A stretch of 62,961 bases of DNA, counting the filler, from Nemertoderma westbladi (Eukaryota; Animalia; Xenacoelomorpha): assembly GCA_032718475.1 (NCBI GenBank). It is 3 parts of 3 records of this genome, joined end to end, with 100 filler letters (N's around TTAATTAATTAA, not from the genome) between each part and the next. Parts side by side here need not be neighbours in the genome. Positions count along the whole stretch, not along the records: positions 58,161 to 62,961 come from JAUCBJ010001572.1; 2 more parts are not named here. One strand, written 5' to 3'. Position 1 is the first letter of the stretch. Each line of letters opens with the position of its first letter. The notes beneath the pieces were generated by a model. That model was given only the letters and a program-made list of their open reading frames with translations. It searched no databases and was not told where the DNA came from. Position numbers and translations under genes: made by a program. Of the stretch, positions 61,963-62,961 are shown one piece after another.

Positions 61963-62961
61963 GATGTCTTCTAGATATTAAATCAGTTTTTAGTCTATGA
62001 CAAGTATTTGATTCACTACACTAGTCGAAACCAATCCGTGCGCGACCATTCACCCGCTGGAGATTCCCGGGAGATTGGGTTCGACGGTTTAATTTTATTG
62101 CTATGTAAGCCTAATGTATTATTCGACTGACAGTACTATATAATCTCTGACAATATTATTCACCTTCGGTAATATTAACAGTTCCTTTAGGACGTGGCGC
62201 TTTATCTATATAAACAGAGTTATGACTTAAACTACTCACAACGATATGGCTTAATTATAATTCACATATATGGCGCATTCTTTAGGAATTGCTTCTTTAA
62301 CAGACTCACTCATACACAATGCTGCACAATACTGCACACTAATCTGCCAATCTTCACTGATTTTAGTCACATATAAAAGGAACACAGACTGACTCATGTA
62401 GGGTCTATCAAATAACATTAGATTCACTTCAAACCACTTTAACATAAGTCACAATCGTTTATCTGTAACCCTTCTCTCTTACCTTCGGTATATCAAGAAT
62501 ATTGGGTTTCGGGGTTATTTATCGTTATTCCAAATATAATAATTCATCAACCATGTTATGAAGAACTGACAGTAAATAGCAGTATAAAACAACAATGAAA
62601 ACACTGATTGTTATGAGTTTGCAATGTTTCAGCAGTCAGTATGTATGATCAGTCAGCAGTGATTTCATGAGTCAGGTAGTTAAAGGATATATGCCCTTTA
62701 TAATTAAACCTACTAGTGTAAGACTAAAAACAGTAAAGCACAAAATACTTCCAAGCCGTTCTTTCTTTGGCTCAGGACTGAATGTAAACACTGCACATAG
62801 GCATTGCGTCATTTCTCGGAAATTTTCTGTACAAGGAGCCACAAAAACGCTCTAATTGGCTGACTGAACTGAGAGACGCCGTAGAACAAAGGAAATCAAC
62901 ACGTATGAATGTCAGCTGTTAACCGTAGTCATAGTAACTACTGTTCAAGAGTAGCTATCAC

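Overview
Repeat-dense eukaryotic DNA, most likely a marine invertebrate animal (taxon not determinable from sequence alone); it is not prokaryotic. Two artificial 100-bp linkers (44N-TTAATTAATTAA-44N at 28052-28151 and 58061-58160) split the window into three contigs whose adjacency is unproven. Most of it is nested transposable elements: CR1/L2-type, RTE, RTEX-like and CRE-like (REL endonuclease) non-LTR retrotransposons; BEL/Pao and Gypsy LTR pieces; non-autonomous piggyBac-, Kolobok-, Mutator- and Helentron-like DNA elements; a tRNA-derived SINE; and a 3-kb 13-bp higher-order minisatellite. The only host-gene evidence is two tandemly duplicated 123-bp phase-1 calcium-binding EGF exons (48434-48556, 51249-51371). 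The most unusual locus is a BEL/Pao-derived element (35715-42730, minus). It reads gag-protease-(novel repetitive linker)-intact integrase with no recognisable RT/RNase H, followed by an intact non-Env accessory ORF with a bHLH-like segment. It is fused head-to-head to a second BEL family that also shows no RT after its protease. All family assignments are from motif recognition by eye; no database searches were run.
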